This document shows, piece by piece, positions 46,510 to 54,516 of a DNA stretch of 64,000 bases (its first letter is position 1; every line of letters begins with the position of its first letter). The notes below the pieces were generated by a model that did not search any database, had not been told where the DNA came from, and was given only the letters and a program-made list of their open reading frames with translations. Origin of the DNA: Candidatus Woesebacteria bacterium GW2011_GWA1_39_21 (GTDB lineage Bacteria; Patescibacteriota; Microgenomatia; UBA8517); assembly GCA_000993685.1 (NCBI GenBank), contig LBWP01000003.1:6196-70195 (forward strand), in the 5' to 3' direction. Made by a program: the position numbers and the translations under genes.

Positions 46510-47460
46510 TTACCACTTACCTTTTTCTACGAAATTTCTAAACAGTTGTATCACATCTTTAGTGACGTGTCCGACTTTTCCGTTACCTATCTTTTTCTTA
46601 TCAACTTTCACAACTGGCATGACCTCTTTGTTGCTTGCAGTTAAAAAGACCTCATCGGCAGAAAAGATGTCGGATAATTTTATCGGTCTTTTTATGACCG
46701 GATAAATTATATGACAAAGACTGATGACCAGGTCTCTTGTAATACCGAAAAGAATCTTATTGTCGCTCGTGTAGATTTGCTTATTTTTGACGATAAAGAC
46801 ATTACTTGTAGTTGCCTCTGTAATATTACCTGATTTTTCGTCGTAATAAACTGCTTCAATACATCCGCTTTTTTTCGCTAAATTTAACGCCCTAATTGCG
46901 ACTGAATATTCGAGAGATTTGATTTCAGGGAAAGGACGGGAATATTTGTACGAGAGGGCTTTTGCACCATTTTCAAAAAGCGCATTTGGGTAAAAGTGAC
47001 GGTCCTCGACGATAACAATAATTGAGGCTTTAGCAGAAGGTTCGGTCGATGAATTTCCAACACCGCCGGTTATTAGAATACGAATTGTTTTTTCTTTTCC
47101 GTTTATGTTTTTTGAAAGCGTGTTGTTGACGATGCTTTCAATTTCTCTTTTTGTCTTTCCAATCGTTAAACCCAATATCTTTGCAGAATTAAAAAGTCGG
47201 TCAATGTGCCGGTCGATAAGAAATGGCCGATTATTATAAGTGACAAGAAAATCAAAAACGCCAAAGCCGCGAAGCAGTCCGATATCTAAAACACTAATTA
47301 CCGCCTTACTTTCAGGCAAATAATTTCCATTTATATAATGACATCCTCCCCGCCTTAAAAGGCGGGGTTTCTCCAAGGAGGATGACATATCAGAGTTCAA
47401 TTCATCCCCACCCTGAAGGGTGGGGTTTTCTTGAACGCTGTTATAAATTGGCACACTCAT
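46510..47460 (-). CDS. Class IV (fold type IV) aminotransferase, D-amino-acid or branched-chain aminotransferase-like. The N-terminus is uncertain: the first ~40 codons are encoded by the repeat element.
   Basis: INGNYLPESKAVISVLDIGLLRGFGVFDFLVTY aligns with the N-terminus of Dat/IlvE enzymes (xNGxxxxxxeAxIsxxDxGxxxGDGVFE). There is no canonical start codon right before this block. The ATGs at 47460 and 47388 both lie inside the repeat copy. Confidence 0.6.
   Translation of the reverse strand: MSVPIYNSVQENPTLQGGDELNSDMSSSLEKPRLLRRGGCHYINGNYLPESKAVISVLDIGLLRGFGVFDFLVTYNNRPFLIDRHIDRLFNSAKILGLTIGKTKREIESIVNNTLSKNINGKEKTIRILITGGVGNSSTEPSAKASIIVIVEDRHFYPNALFENGAKALSYKYSRPFPEIKSLEYSVAIRALNLAKKSGCIEAVYYDEKSGNITEATTSNVFIVKNKQIYTSDNKILFGITRDLVISLCHIIYPVIKRPIKLSDIFSADEVFLTASNKEVMPVVKVDKKKIGNGKVGHVTKDVIQLFRNFVEKGKW
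47338..47450 (+). repeat. Copy 1 of the modular structured repeat element. This is the compact version.
   Basis: atgacatcctcc-CCGCCTTaaaAGGCGGGG-tttctccaa-ggaggatgacat, then atcagagttcaattcat, then ccccaccctgaagggtggggttttctt, then gaacgctgttataaattg. It shares a 14-mer with copy 3 (ggaggatgacatat) and most of its length with the reverse complement of 58972-59155. Confidence 0.6.
47406..47432 (+). terminator. Intrinsic-terminator-like hairpin inside repeat copy 1.
   Basis: CCCCACCC-tgaa-GGGTGGGG followed by TTTTCTT. No + strand gene ends nearby, so it is more likely the 3' end of the element's own transcript, or a bidirectional insulator. Confidence 0.35.
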
Positions 47461-47572
47461 TTAACATGTTCTAACAACTACAGATTATTATATAGGTAGA
47501 TTAAGTTAAAATAACAATCAATCTATCCTCCTAAGTCCGGCTGCTTCTGCAGCCTTTAATATATTTGCACCC

Positions 47573-47701
47573 TTACTTCTCTTTTTTGGGTAGTTTGCCT
47601 AATTCTTTTTGAAGCGTTTGTACTTGGACATCTGGTTCGATAAGAGTTTTAGAATTTTCTAATGAAATGGGTTTGGTTTGAGCAAGTGCCTCGCCTGTCA
47701 T
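47573..47701 (-). CDS. Unannotated 42-aa small ORF with a strong SD. Low confidence.
   Basis: Minus strand: GGGGGGTGAtacttATG ACA GGC GAG… gives MTGEALAQTKPISLENSKTLIEPDVQVQTLQKELGKLPKKEK*. It is too short for the supplied ORF track and lies in a ~430-bp region otherwise lacking genes. Confidence 0.25.
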   Translation of the reverse strand: MTGEALAQTKPISLENSKTLIEPDVQVQTLQKELGKLPKKEK

Positions 47702-47889
47702 AAGTATCACCCCCCCTTAAACAATTAGTAGATAATACCACATATTCAAGTAATTTATGAGGGGACGCGAAAAGATGTTAAAATAAACCAATACTGACAG
47801 TTAAGCCCAAGATCTTGTGTCGACAAGAAGGTTTTTTCTTCAACCACGGACGCGTAGTCCCCGGCTTTGAAGAGAAATTTAATATAAAC

Positions 47890-48603
47890 ATGATAGACAA
47901 AAATATAGTAGTTCTTCACGGATGGGGGGCACATCGACAAAGATTAGCTCCGCTTGTATCAGAATTAAGGAATAAAAGATGGAACGTTTTTTTTCCTAAA
48001 TTGCCTGGGTTTGGCGGTGGAGAACTAACCAGAGCTTACAACTTGGAAGATTATGTTTTACAGGTTGTGAATGAATCTGCAAAAAGATTTGCCGGAAAGA
48101 AGTATTTTGTTTTTGGTCACTCTTTTGGCGGGCGAATTGCTATTAAGCTTTCACTTTCTGATCAAAATTTGTCTGGTTTGATTCTTTGTGCGTCGGGAGG
48201 AATATCGAGAGGAAAATTTATCAAAAGAGCGGTATTTTACATGCTTGCAAAAACAGGCAGGGTGTTTCTTTTCCATAAACCGCTAGCCGACCGTTTTAGA
48301 AAAATTTTGTACAAAGCTGCCAGAGAGCATGATTATGAGAAGACCTCGGGATATGTTAAAGAGACATTTAAAAACGTAGCCTCAGAAGATTTGAGAAAAT
48401 TAGCTAAAACAATTAAGACCCCGACACTGATCTTGTGGGGGAAAAATGATAAGATGACTCCGTATAAAGATGCTTTATATTTGAACAGGAGCATAAAAGA
48501 CAGTGAGCTTGTCAGCTATACAAACGACGGACATACGCTGCCCTATGTTGAACCTGAAGAAATATCCAAAAAAATTGAAATATGGTATCAGAATTTGTCT
48601 TAA
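47890..48603 (+). CDS. Alpha/beta-fold hydrolase.
   Basis: IVVLHGWGAH…(nucleophile elbow) FVFGHSFGGRIAIKL…LILWGKNDKMTP…DGHTLPY (Ser-Asp-His triad context). The track's upstream extension from 47815 is not believed. Confidence 0.6.
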   Translation: MIDKNIVVLHGWGAHRQRLAPLVSELRNKRWNVFFPKLPGFGGGELTRAYNLEDYVLQVVNESAKRFAGKKYFVFGHSFGGRIAIKLSLSDQNLSGLILCASGGISRGKFIKRAVFYMLAKTGRVFLFHKPLADRFRKILYKAAREHDYEKTSGYVKETFKNVASEDLRKLAKTIKTPTLILWGKNDKMTPYKDALYLNRSIKDSELVSYTNDGHTLPYVEPEEISKKIEIWYQNLS

Positions 48604-49469
48604 TACTTTATTTTTTGATTATCTACCTTTTGTGGTTATTAACTTGTGTGTTACAGGTTTTGGTGTGGACTTATTGGGTTCAGGTTAAGGAATACAGATT
48701 CGATCGCTTATGGTCATTTTTTAAAACCTCTGATGGTAAGAGTAAATTATTTTTCTACTTTTTCTTACTTAAAAGCGTGTCGTTACCGTTGGGATTTTTG
48801 TCGAAGTTTTTAGTGCCGTTTACTGTCCCATACCTCACTATTTTGTTGATGATAATTATTTTTAAAAGTAAAGCCATTGGTTTTCGAAAACCAGTTCTGA
48901 CAAAAAGAATGCAAATTATTTTATTATTTTCTTTTTTGCCTCTCTTGATGCCACTAATTCTGCCGTTAAATCTCGGAATTATTTTAGGTGAATTTCTGCT
49001 GCCTATTGGCACTGTATGTGGCGTAGTTGTAACTAGCTATTTAACGAGGAAAACCAAGTTGAAGGAAAAACTGGAAGCCGTTGAAAAATTAAGAAAAGTT
49101 AATCCGTTTGTAATTGCAATAACTGGAAGTTACGGGAAGACTACAACAAAAGATTTTGTTACACATTTTCTGTCACAAAAATACAAAACTCAAAAAACGG
49201 AAAAAAGTGAAAATACTTTTTTTGGAGTTGTTCGGACAATTAATAACAAGTTAACTAACGATACAAGATACTTCGTTTGTGAAATAGGTGCGTACAAAAA
49301 GGGAGAAATTAAAGAACTTGCTGAGGTGGTTAAACCTAAAATGGCAATTATTACGGGAATCGAACCACAACATGTTGATCTTTTCGGCTCAATGAATAAT
49401 CTTAAGGATGCGAAATTTGAAATCGTTGATAGCTTGAAAAATGAAGGATTTGCAATTTTCAATCTCTGA
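48582..49469 (+). CDS. murF: MurF-like Mur ligase, N-terminal and central-domain fragment. It has an unusual ~170-aa polytopic membrane N-terminus, and the frame is broken before the C-terminal domain.
   Basis: Residues 1-~170 are hydrophobic helices. Then come VIAITGSYGKTTTKDFV (P-loop) and CEIGAYKKGEIKELAEVVKPKMAIITGIEPQHVDLFGS (Mur ligase central domain). The ORF ends at 49469. The C-terminal domain continues in another frame from 49475. Confidence 0.55.
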   Translation: MVSEFVLILYFLIIYLLWLLTCVLQVLVWTYWVQVKEYRFDRLWSFFKTSDGKSKLFFYFFLLKSVSLPLGFLSKFLVPFTVPYLTILLMIIIFKSKAIGFRKPVLTKRMQIILLFSFLPLLMPLILPLNLGIILGEFLLPIGTVCGVVVTSYLTRKTKLKEKLEAVEKLRKVNPFVIAITGSYGKTTTKDFVTHFLSQKYKTQKTEKSENTFFGVVRTINNKLTNDTRYFVCEIGAYKKGEIKELAEVVKPKMAIITGIEPQHVDLFGSMNNLKDAKFEIVDSLKNEGFAIFNL

Positions 49470-49474
49470 ATGAG

Positions 49475-50050
49475 GTGCAGTTTAGTGTGCTGGAAAACGG
49501 GAAACAAGTTAACAATAAGTTCACAGTAAAAACAACGGGGGTACATTTTATTGAAAATATAAGTTGTGCGATATTAATCTCAAGGATTTTAGGTTTGTCG
49601 TGGGTAGAAATTGAGAAAGCCATGTCTTCGCTTATAACTCCCGAAGGTACGATGTCTCTTATCAAAACAGTGACTGGTGCCATAATAATAAACGATAGTT
49701 ATAACAGCTCGCAAAAAAGTTTCACTGCAGCGCTTGACTATTTGTCATTTTTTAAAAATAAAAAGAAGGTTGTGATAAGTAGCGGAATAATAGAGCTCGG
49801 AGAGTTTTCTCAAAAAATACATGAAGATTTGGGAGTGAAGATGTCCGAATTAATCGATAAAGTTATAGTTACAAATAAAGATAACGCTTTATATATTTTA
49901 AATGGCATGGCAGACAAGAGCAAAATTAAGTATGAAGCCAATCTCCAAATTTTGAAAAAAATGTTTCTGAAGTCTATTGACGACAGCGATGTAATTTTAC
50001 TTGAAGGAAGACAACCCTCGGCGATTATGGATGTAGTTAAAAGTTTATGA
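49475..50050 (+). CDS. murF: MurF-like Mur ligase, C-terminal domain fragment. It is in a different frame from the upstream fragment, so this is a split gene or a frameshift.
   Basis: IINDSYNSSQKSFTAALDYL…VVISSGIIELGEFSQKIHEDLG matches the Mur ligase C-terminal domain (DSYNANPxS…LGxMxELG…H). It starts with GTG in the track. Confidence 0.5.
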   Translation: MQFSVLENGKQVNNKFTVKTTGVHFIENISCAILISRILGLSWVEIEKAMSSLITPEGTMSLIKTVTGAIIINDSYNSSQKSFTAALDYLSFFKNKKKVVISSGIIELGEFSQKIHEDLGVKMSELIDKVIVTNKDNALYILNGMADKSKIKYEANLQILKKMFLKSIDDSDVILLEGRQPSAIMDVVKSL

Positions 50051-51297
50051 AGCCTGTTGTAATTTCGATTTCACCAAATACAGAGAAGGATGATATTTTA
50101 TTGTCTTTACGTGTGCTACTTTCGCCGTGGAAATGGTTTGATGAAAAAGCTGTTTCTGACTTCGAAAATAAATTTGCCTCGTATTTTGGAAAAAATTATA
50201 AAGCCCTTGCTGTAAATAGCGGAAGGTCGGCGGAGTTTCTCATTTTAAAAGCGATGGATATAAGAAAAGGTGACTTTGTAGCAATACAGGCGCTTACTTG
50301 TATCGCTGTTTCAAATCCTATTTTATGGAACGATGCGTTGCCACTATACGTTGATGTTGATGATTCCTACAACATGGATGTTGGGGACCTTGAGAAAAAG
50401 TTAAACGGCGATGTAAGGTGTGTTATTGTTCAGCATTCTTTTGGTGTACCCGCGAAAGTTGAAGAAATTGCAAGAGTGGCAAAGAAGCATAATATTTCAG
50501 TCATTGAAGACTGCGCGGTTTCGATGGGGGGTAAATATAATGGTAAAAAATTAGGAACTTTTGGAGATATTTCCTTTTTTAGTTTTGGAAGAGATAAGGT
50601 AATTTCATCGGTGTTTGGTGGAATGATACTGACATCTAACCAAAATTATTATAAAAAACTCAGATTGTTAAGGGACAATTTGGCAGAACCGCCAAAATCT
50701 TGGGTGATACGTCAACTACTACACCCAATACTTTTTTCGTTTATTAAACCTTCATATTTTTTGGGTTTTAGAAAATACTCAATTGGAAAAATGCTTTTGT
50801 TTGTTTCTCAGAAGTTAAGGATTTTAGACAAAGCTGTTTACGAAAAGGAAAAAAGAGGTAAAAAACCAGAACTTTTTCCCTCGAAAATGCCGGGTGCTTT
50901 GGCTGTGTTGGCTTTACACCAGTTTAATAAACTCGATAAATTTAACAAAAGAAGGATTGGTTTTCATAATAGTTATTTAAAAATGTTGGAAGGAACTAAT
51001 TTCCGATGTCCAAGCGGTGTCGAAGGGGCAATTTGGCTTCGTGTTCCTATTCACGAGTTAAAGTCAAAGGAAATAATAGAATTTGCTAAACGTCAGAATA
51101 TTTTATTGGGTGATTGGTACAATAAAGTTGTAACACCAGCGTTAGATCTAGAAGTTATCGGTTATAGAAAAGGAAGTTGCCCGGCGGCCGAGATGTATGC
51201 AGGGTGTTTACTTAATTTACCAACATACCCATTGATGGAAAATTCTGACGTTGAAAATGTTGTTTCAGTTTTGAAATTATGGGAAAGTACGAAGTAA
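50047..51297 (+). CDS. DegT/DnrJ/EryC1/StrS-family PLP-dependent aminotransferase (sugar aminotransferase-like).
   Basis: ALAVNSGRSAEFLILKAM, VIEDCAVSMGGKYNGKKLGTFGDISFFSFGRDKVISSVFGGMIL (contains the Schiff-base Lys). Confidence 0.6.
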   Translation: MKPVVISISPNTEKDDILLSLRVLLSPWKWFDEKAVSDFENKFASYFGKNYKALAVNSGRSAEFLILKAMDIRKGDFVAIQALTCIAVSNPILWNDALPLYVDVDDSYNMDVGDLEKKLNGDVRCVIVQHSFGVPAKVEEIARVAKKHNISVIEDCAVSMGGKYNGKKLGTFGDISFFSFGRDKVISSVFGGMILTSNQNYYKKLRLLRDNLAEPPKSWVIRQLLHPILFSFIKPSYFLGFRKYSIGKMLLFVSQKLRILDKAVYEKEKRGKKPELFPSKMPGALAVLALHQFNKLDKFNKRRIGFHNSYLKMLEGTNFRCPSGVEGAIWLRVPIHELKSKEIIEFAKRQNILLGDWYNKVVTPALDLEVIGYRKGSCPAAEMYAGCLLNLPTYPLMENSDVENVVSVLKLWESTK

Positions 51298-52301
51298 AAG
51301 AAATTAGTAGCAAAAATTTGTGGGAGAAGTTTGTTTTACAAAATGACCCTAAGTCATTTCTGCAATCTTGGAATTGGGGGGAGACAAATAAAATTTTGGG
51401 GAAGAAAATCTTCAGACTTGGATTTACTAAAGACAAAAAACTTGTTGGTGTGTGTTTGGTAATAGAAGAAAAAGCAAAAAGAGGGCCGCATTTTTTAATT
51501 CCCGGTGGACCACTTTTTGATTGGGAAAACAAAAGACTAGTTTCATTCTTTTTGAAGACGATAAAAAGTTATGCAGTAAAACAAAAAGTTTGGTTTGTGC
51601 GTATAAGGCCGGAACTCTTCGATAATCAAAAAAATCGAAAATTATTTAGTAGTTTAGGTTTGTTGCCGGCACCGATGCACCTTCATGCTGAAAACACGTG
51701 GGTTTTGGAAATAGATCGAAACGACGATGAACTGCTTTCAGGTATGAGAAAGACAACAAGATATCTAATTAAAAAAAGTTTGGACATGAATCTTAGCGTG
51801 AAGGTTTATAGTGTTCCTGACAAAACTGAAATATTGGATAAACTTCAGGGTGAAACAGTGAAAAGGCATAAGTTTAAGGGTTTTTCAAACTCGCTTTTTA
51901 CGGCACAACTGGCTACTTTTGCGAAGGATGGCCAAGCGGAATTGGTTGTTTGTGGGAAAGGTGAATACAACCTGGCAGCAGCAATAATCATCTTTTATGG
52001 AAGATATGCGTACTATCATCACAGCGGCTCGACATCAGACTTTAGAGAAATCCCATTTTCGTATTTTTTACAGTGGAAGATAATTCAATCTGCAAGGGAA
52101 AAAGGCATGAAGTTTTATAACTTTTGGGGAATTGCTCCAAACGATAGTCCAAAACATAGATTCGCTGGAGTAACGCTTTTTAAAACAGGATTTGGGGGTA
52201 ATAGAATTGATTGGCTACATGCATACGATCTTCCGGTTTCGCCCTTATATTTTTTTACTCATGTCTTTGAAACAGGTAGAAGAATTATGAGGAGATTGTA
52301 A
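51279..52301 (+). CDS. FemAB-family peptidyltransferase (peptidoglycan interpeptide bridge formation, FemX/MurM-like).
   Basis: 340 aa. N-terminal KNLWEKFVLQNDPKSFLQSWNWGE, and a C-terminal GNAT-like half with YYHHSGSTSDFREIPFSYFLQWKIIQSAREKGMKFYNFWGI. It lies inside the dcw cluster next to mraY. Confidence 0.6.
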   Translation: MGKYEVKEISSKNLWEKFVLQNDPKSFLQSWNWGETNKILGKKIFRLGFTKDKKLVGVCLVIEEKAKRGPHFLIPGGPLFDWENKRLVSFFLKTIKSYAVKQKVWFVRIRPELFDNQKNRKLFSSLGLLPAPMHLHAENTWVLEIDRNDDELLSGMRKTTRYLIKKSLDMNLSVKVYSVPDKTEILDKLQGETVKRHKFKGFSNSLFTAQLATFAKDGQAELVVCGKGEYNLAAAIIIFYGRYAYYHHSGSTSDFREIPFSYFLQWKIIQSAREKGMKFYNFWGIAPNDSPKHRFAGVTLFKTGFGGNRIDWLHAYDLPVSPLYFFTHVFETGRRIMRRL

Positions 52302-52338
52302 GCGAAAATTATAGGCGTTATAATACTTAATACTACTT

Positions 52339-53394
52339 ATGACTTTGCCAAACGTACTGCCCTTGGCGTTAGGACTGATATTGTTTTCATTTTTTGTAAC
52401 GAGCATTCTAATCATTCCCTATATCAATCTTCTTTACCGACTACATTTAACGCGTAGAAAAGAAGCGCCAAGAAGGGGTAAGGTGCCGATTTTTGATGAG
52501 TATCACGATGTCAAAGCAGGGACTCCTGTTGGCGGTGGAGTGTTAATAATTCTCGTTGTGCTTCTTTTGTTCTACCTATTGTTTCCGTTTGCCTCACACA
52601 TGGGAGTTTATATCCGAAGCTCCCATGATTTTAAGTGGGAGCTATTTGCAATCTTCTTTACCTTTTTGTCGTTCGGGCTTTTGGGGTTATCGGATGACTT
52701 GATGAAGATGTTTTCAAAACCTAAACCGGGGGTACTTGGGTTATGGTTTGGAATGACTCGGAAAACAAAATTTATTTTGCAATGGGTGTTAGCGTTTATT
52801 GTCGGCGCAATTTTGTATTACAAGTTGGGAATTCACTTTCTCCATTTGCCCTTTGTTAACGTCAACATCAATCTCGGTTTTTTTTATCTTTTCTTTTCTG
52901 CATTTGTCATCGTTACTTTCACCAACGCTTTTAACATTACCGACGGGTTGGATGGTTTATCGAGCGGATTGTTTTTAATTTGTCTTGTAGCGTTTGGAAT
53001 AATTTCTTCTGCTTCTTTGGACACACCGCTTTCGTTGTTCATAGCACTACTTTTGGGATCGTTATTCGCTTTTCTGTATTTTAACGTTTGGCCAGCGAGA
53101 ATATTTTTGGGCGATGCCGGCGCGTTGTCTTTTGGAGCAACGCTCGCCGTTGTTGGTTTGCTTACTGGGAGTATTGTTGCACTGACGATCGTTGGTGGAG
53201 TATTTATCATCGAGCTCGTATCATCATTTGTCCAGATTGTCGGCTGGAAATTTTTAAAAAGGCCTTTACTGCCGCTTGCACCCTTACATAACAGTTTCCT
53301 TTTACGTGGTTGGGAAGAGCCGAAGATTGTTTTTCGTGCTTGGCTCGTTGGTATTGTTCTGGCAATTTTCGGACTTTGGCTGTCGATGATATGA
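52339..53394 (+). CDS. mraY: Phospho-N-acetylmuramoyl-pentapeptide transferase MraY.
   Basis: NAFNITDGLDGLSSG, the MraY/WecA signature. About 10 TM helices. Confidence 0.85.
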   Translation: MTLPNVLPLALGLILFSFFVTSILIIPYINLLYRLHLTRRKEAPRRGKVPIFDEYHDVKAGTPVGGGVLIILVVLLLFYLLFPFASHMGVYIRSSHDFKWELFAIFFTFLSFGLLGLSDDLMKMFSKPKPGVLGLWFGMTRKTKFILQWVLAFIVGAILYYKLGIHFLHLPFVNVNINLGFFYLFFSAFVIVTFTNAFNITDGLDGLSSGLFLICLVAFGIISSASLDTPLSLFIALLLGSLFAFLYFNVWPARIFLGDAGALSFGATLAVVGLLTGSIVALTIVGGVFIIELVSSFVQIVGWKFLKRPLLPLAPLHNSFLLRGWEEPKIVFRAWLVGIVLAIFGLWLSMI

Positions 53395-53409
53395 CCTTTT
53401 TTTATATTT

Positions 53410-54516
53410 ATGAAGAGAAAGAAAGCTTCTGCAAAACATTTGTTTTTCTTTATTGACTACAGATTGTTTATTCCGCTTTTGGTACTTATTTTAATCGGAT
53501 TGTTTGCGATTATGGATGTCTCCGCGCCACGGGCGATGGAAATTTTTTCTGATCGTTTTTATTTTGTTAAACAACAATTGGTTTGGGTGATTGTGGGACT
53601 TTTTGTTTTTTTGATTATCTCGCAAATTAATGTGACTATCTGGAGCAAGTTCGCTCTCTACATCTATCTTCTCTCGATAATTTTTCTAATATTGGTTTTG
53701 ATTCCTGGAATCAGCGCCAAAACGTTGGGTGCACGTCGTTGGCTAAATCTTGGTTTTTTTGGGTTTCAACCGTCTGAATTTGCAAAATTGGCACTTTGCA
53801 TATATCTTGCAAAACTTGCGGCTAACAAGAGAAAGTTAATATCGTTTCTTCTTCCGATAATTCTGACTTCGTCACTAGTGATGTTGCAGCCGGATTTGGG
53901 TACAACGATTGTTATTGGGATAATTGCTTTTTCACAGCTTGTTTTTTCGGGTGTCGACTTACGTAAAATACTAATAATCGGAATTTGCGCTATCGTTGTT
54001 GTATTTCTATTGATTATCATGTCAGACTACAGAAGGGAGAGGTTGCAGGCCTTTTTGAACCCGATAACAAGCGACCAAAGTGACAACTACCATATAAAAC
54101 AGATTTTATATTCATTGGCGATTGGTGGTGTTAGTGGTTCTGGTATCGGGCAATCTAAACAAAAATATTTATTTTTGCCGGAGGCAACAACGGATTCAAT
54201 TATGGCGATTGTAGCTGAGGAGACCGGTTTTCTAGGTGTTTCAATTATACTTGGTATTTATATCTTTATTTCACTTCGGATGGCAACTAGTTTGAAAAAA
54301 GTAAAAGATGATTTTTTAATAGTCCTTGCGATTGGCATTTCATCATGGTTTACCGGTCAGGCGTTTATTAACCTTGGGTCGGTGTCTTCACTCCTACCGT
54401 TTACTGGTGTTCCGCTTCCATTTATTTCTTACGGGGGATCTACATTGCTCACAATGTTAACTGCTTTTGCAATTTTTAATTCGGTGTTAAAGTATTCGCA
54501 AAGGTATGAATGGTAA
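53410..54516 (+). CDS. ftsW: SEDS-family peptidoglycan glycosyltransferase FtsW.
   Basis: RRWLNLGFFGFQPSEFAKLALCIYLA and C-terminal FISYGGSTLLTMLTAFAIF. It lies between mraY and murG. Confidence 0.8.
   Translation: MKRKKASAKHLFFFIDYRLFIPLLVLILIGLFAIMDVSAPRAMEIFSDRFYFVKQQLVWVIVGLFVFLIISQINVTIWSKFALYIYLLSIIFLILVLIPGISAKTLGARRWLNLGFFGFQPSEFAKLALCIYLAKLAANKRKLISFLLPIILTSSLVMLQPDLGTTIVIGIIAFSQLVFSGVDLRKILIIGICAIVVVFLLIIMSDYRRERLQAFLNPITSDQSDNYHIKQILYSLAIGGVSGSGIGQSKQKYLFLPEATTDSIMAIVAEETGFLGVSIILGIYIFISLRMATSLKKVKDDFLIVLAIGISSWFTGQAFINLGSVSSLLPFTGVPLPFISYGGSTLLTMLTAFAIFNSVLKYSQRYEW

Noticed and set aside
47389-47406. GAGTTCAATTCATCCCCACC inside the repeat looked like a tRNA T-arm (GGTTCAATTCC).
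   Set aside because: No complementary 5-bp T-stem, no acceptor stem or CCA context, and no D or anticodon arm. No tRNA could be built in any intergenic region of the window.
47538-47553. Palindrome GGCTGC-ttc-TGCAGCC.
   Set aside because: An isolated 6-bp stem. It could be a terminator for the small - strand ORF but lacks a U-tract. Insufficient support on its own.
47815-47889. Upstream extension of the alpha/beta hydrolase ORF (MCRQEGFFFNHGRVVPGFEEKFNIN).
   Set aside because: It runs through a structured, palindrome-rich leader. The homology to hydrolases begins at MIDKNIVVLHGWG (ATG 47890).
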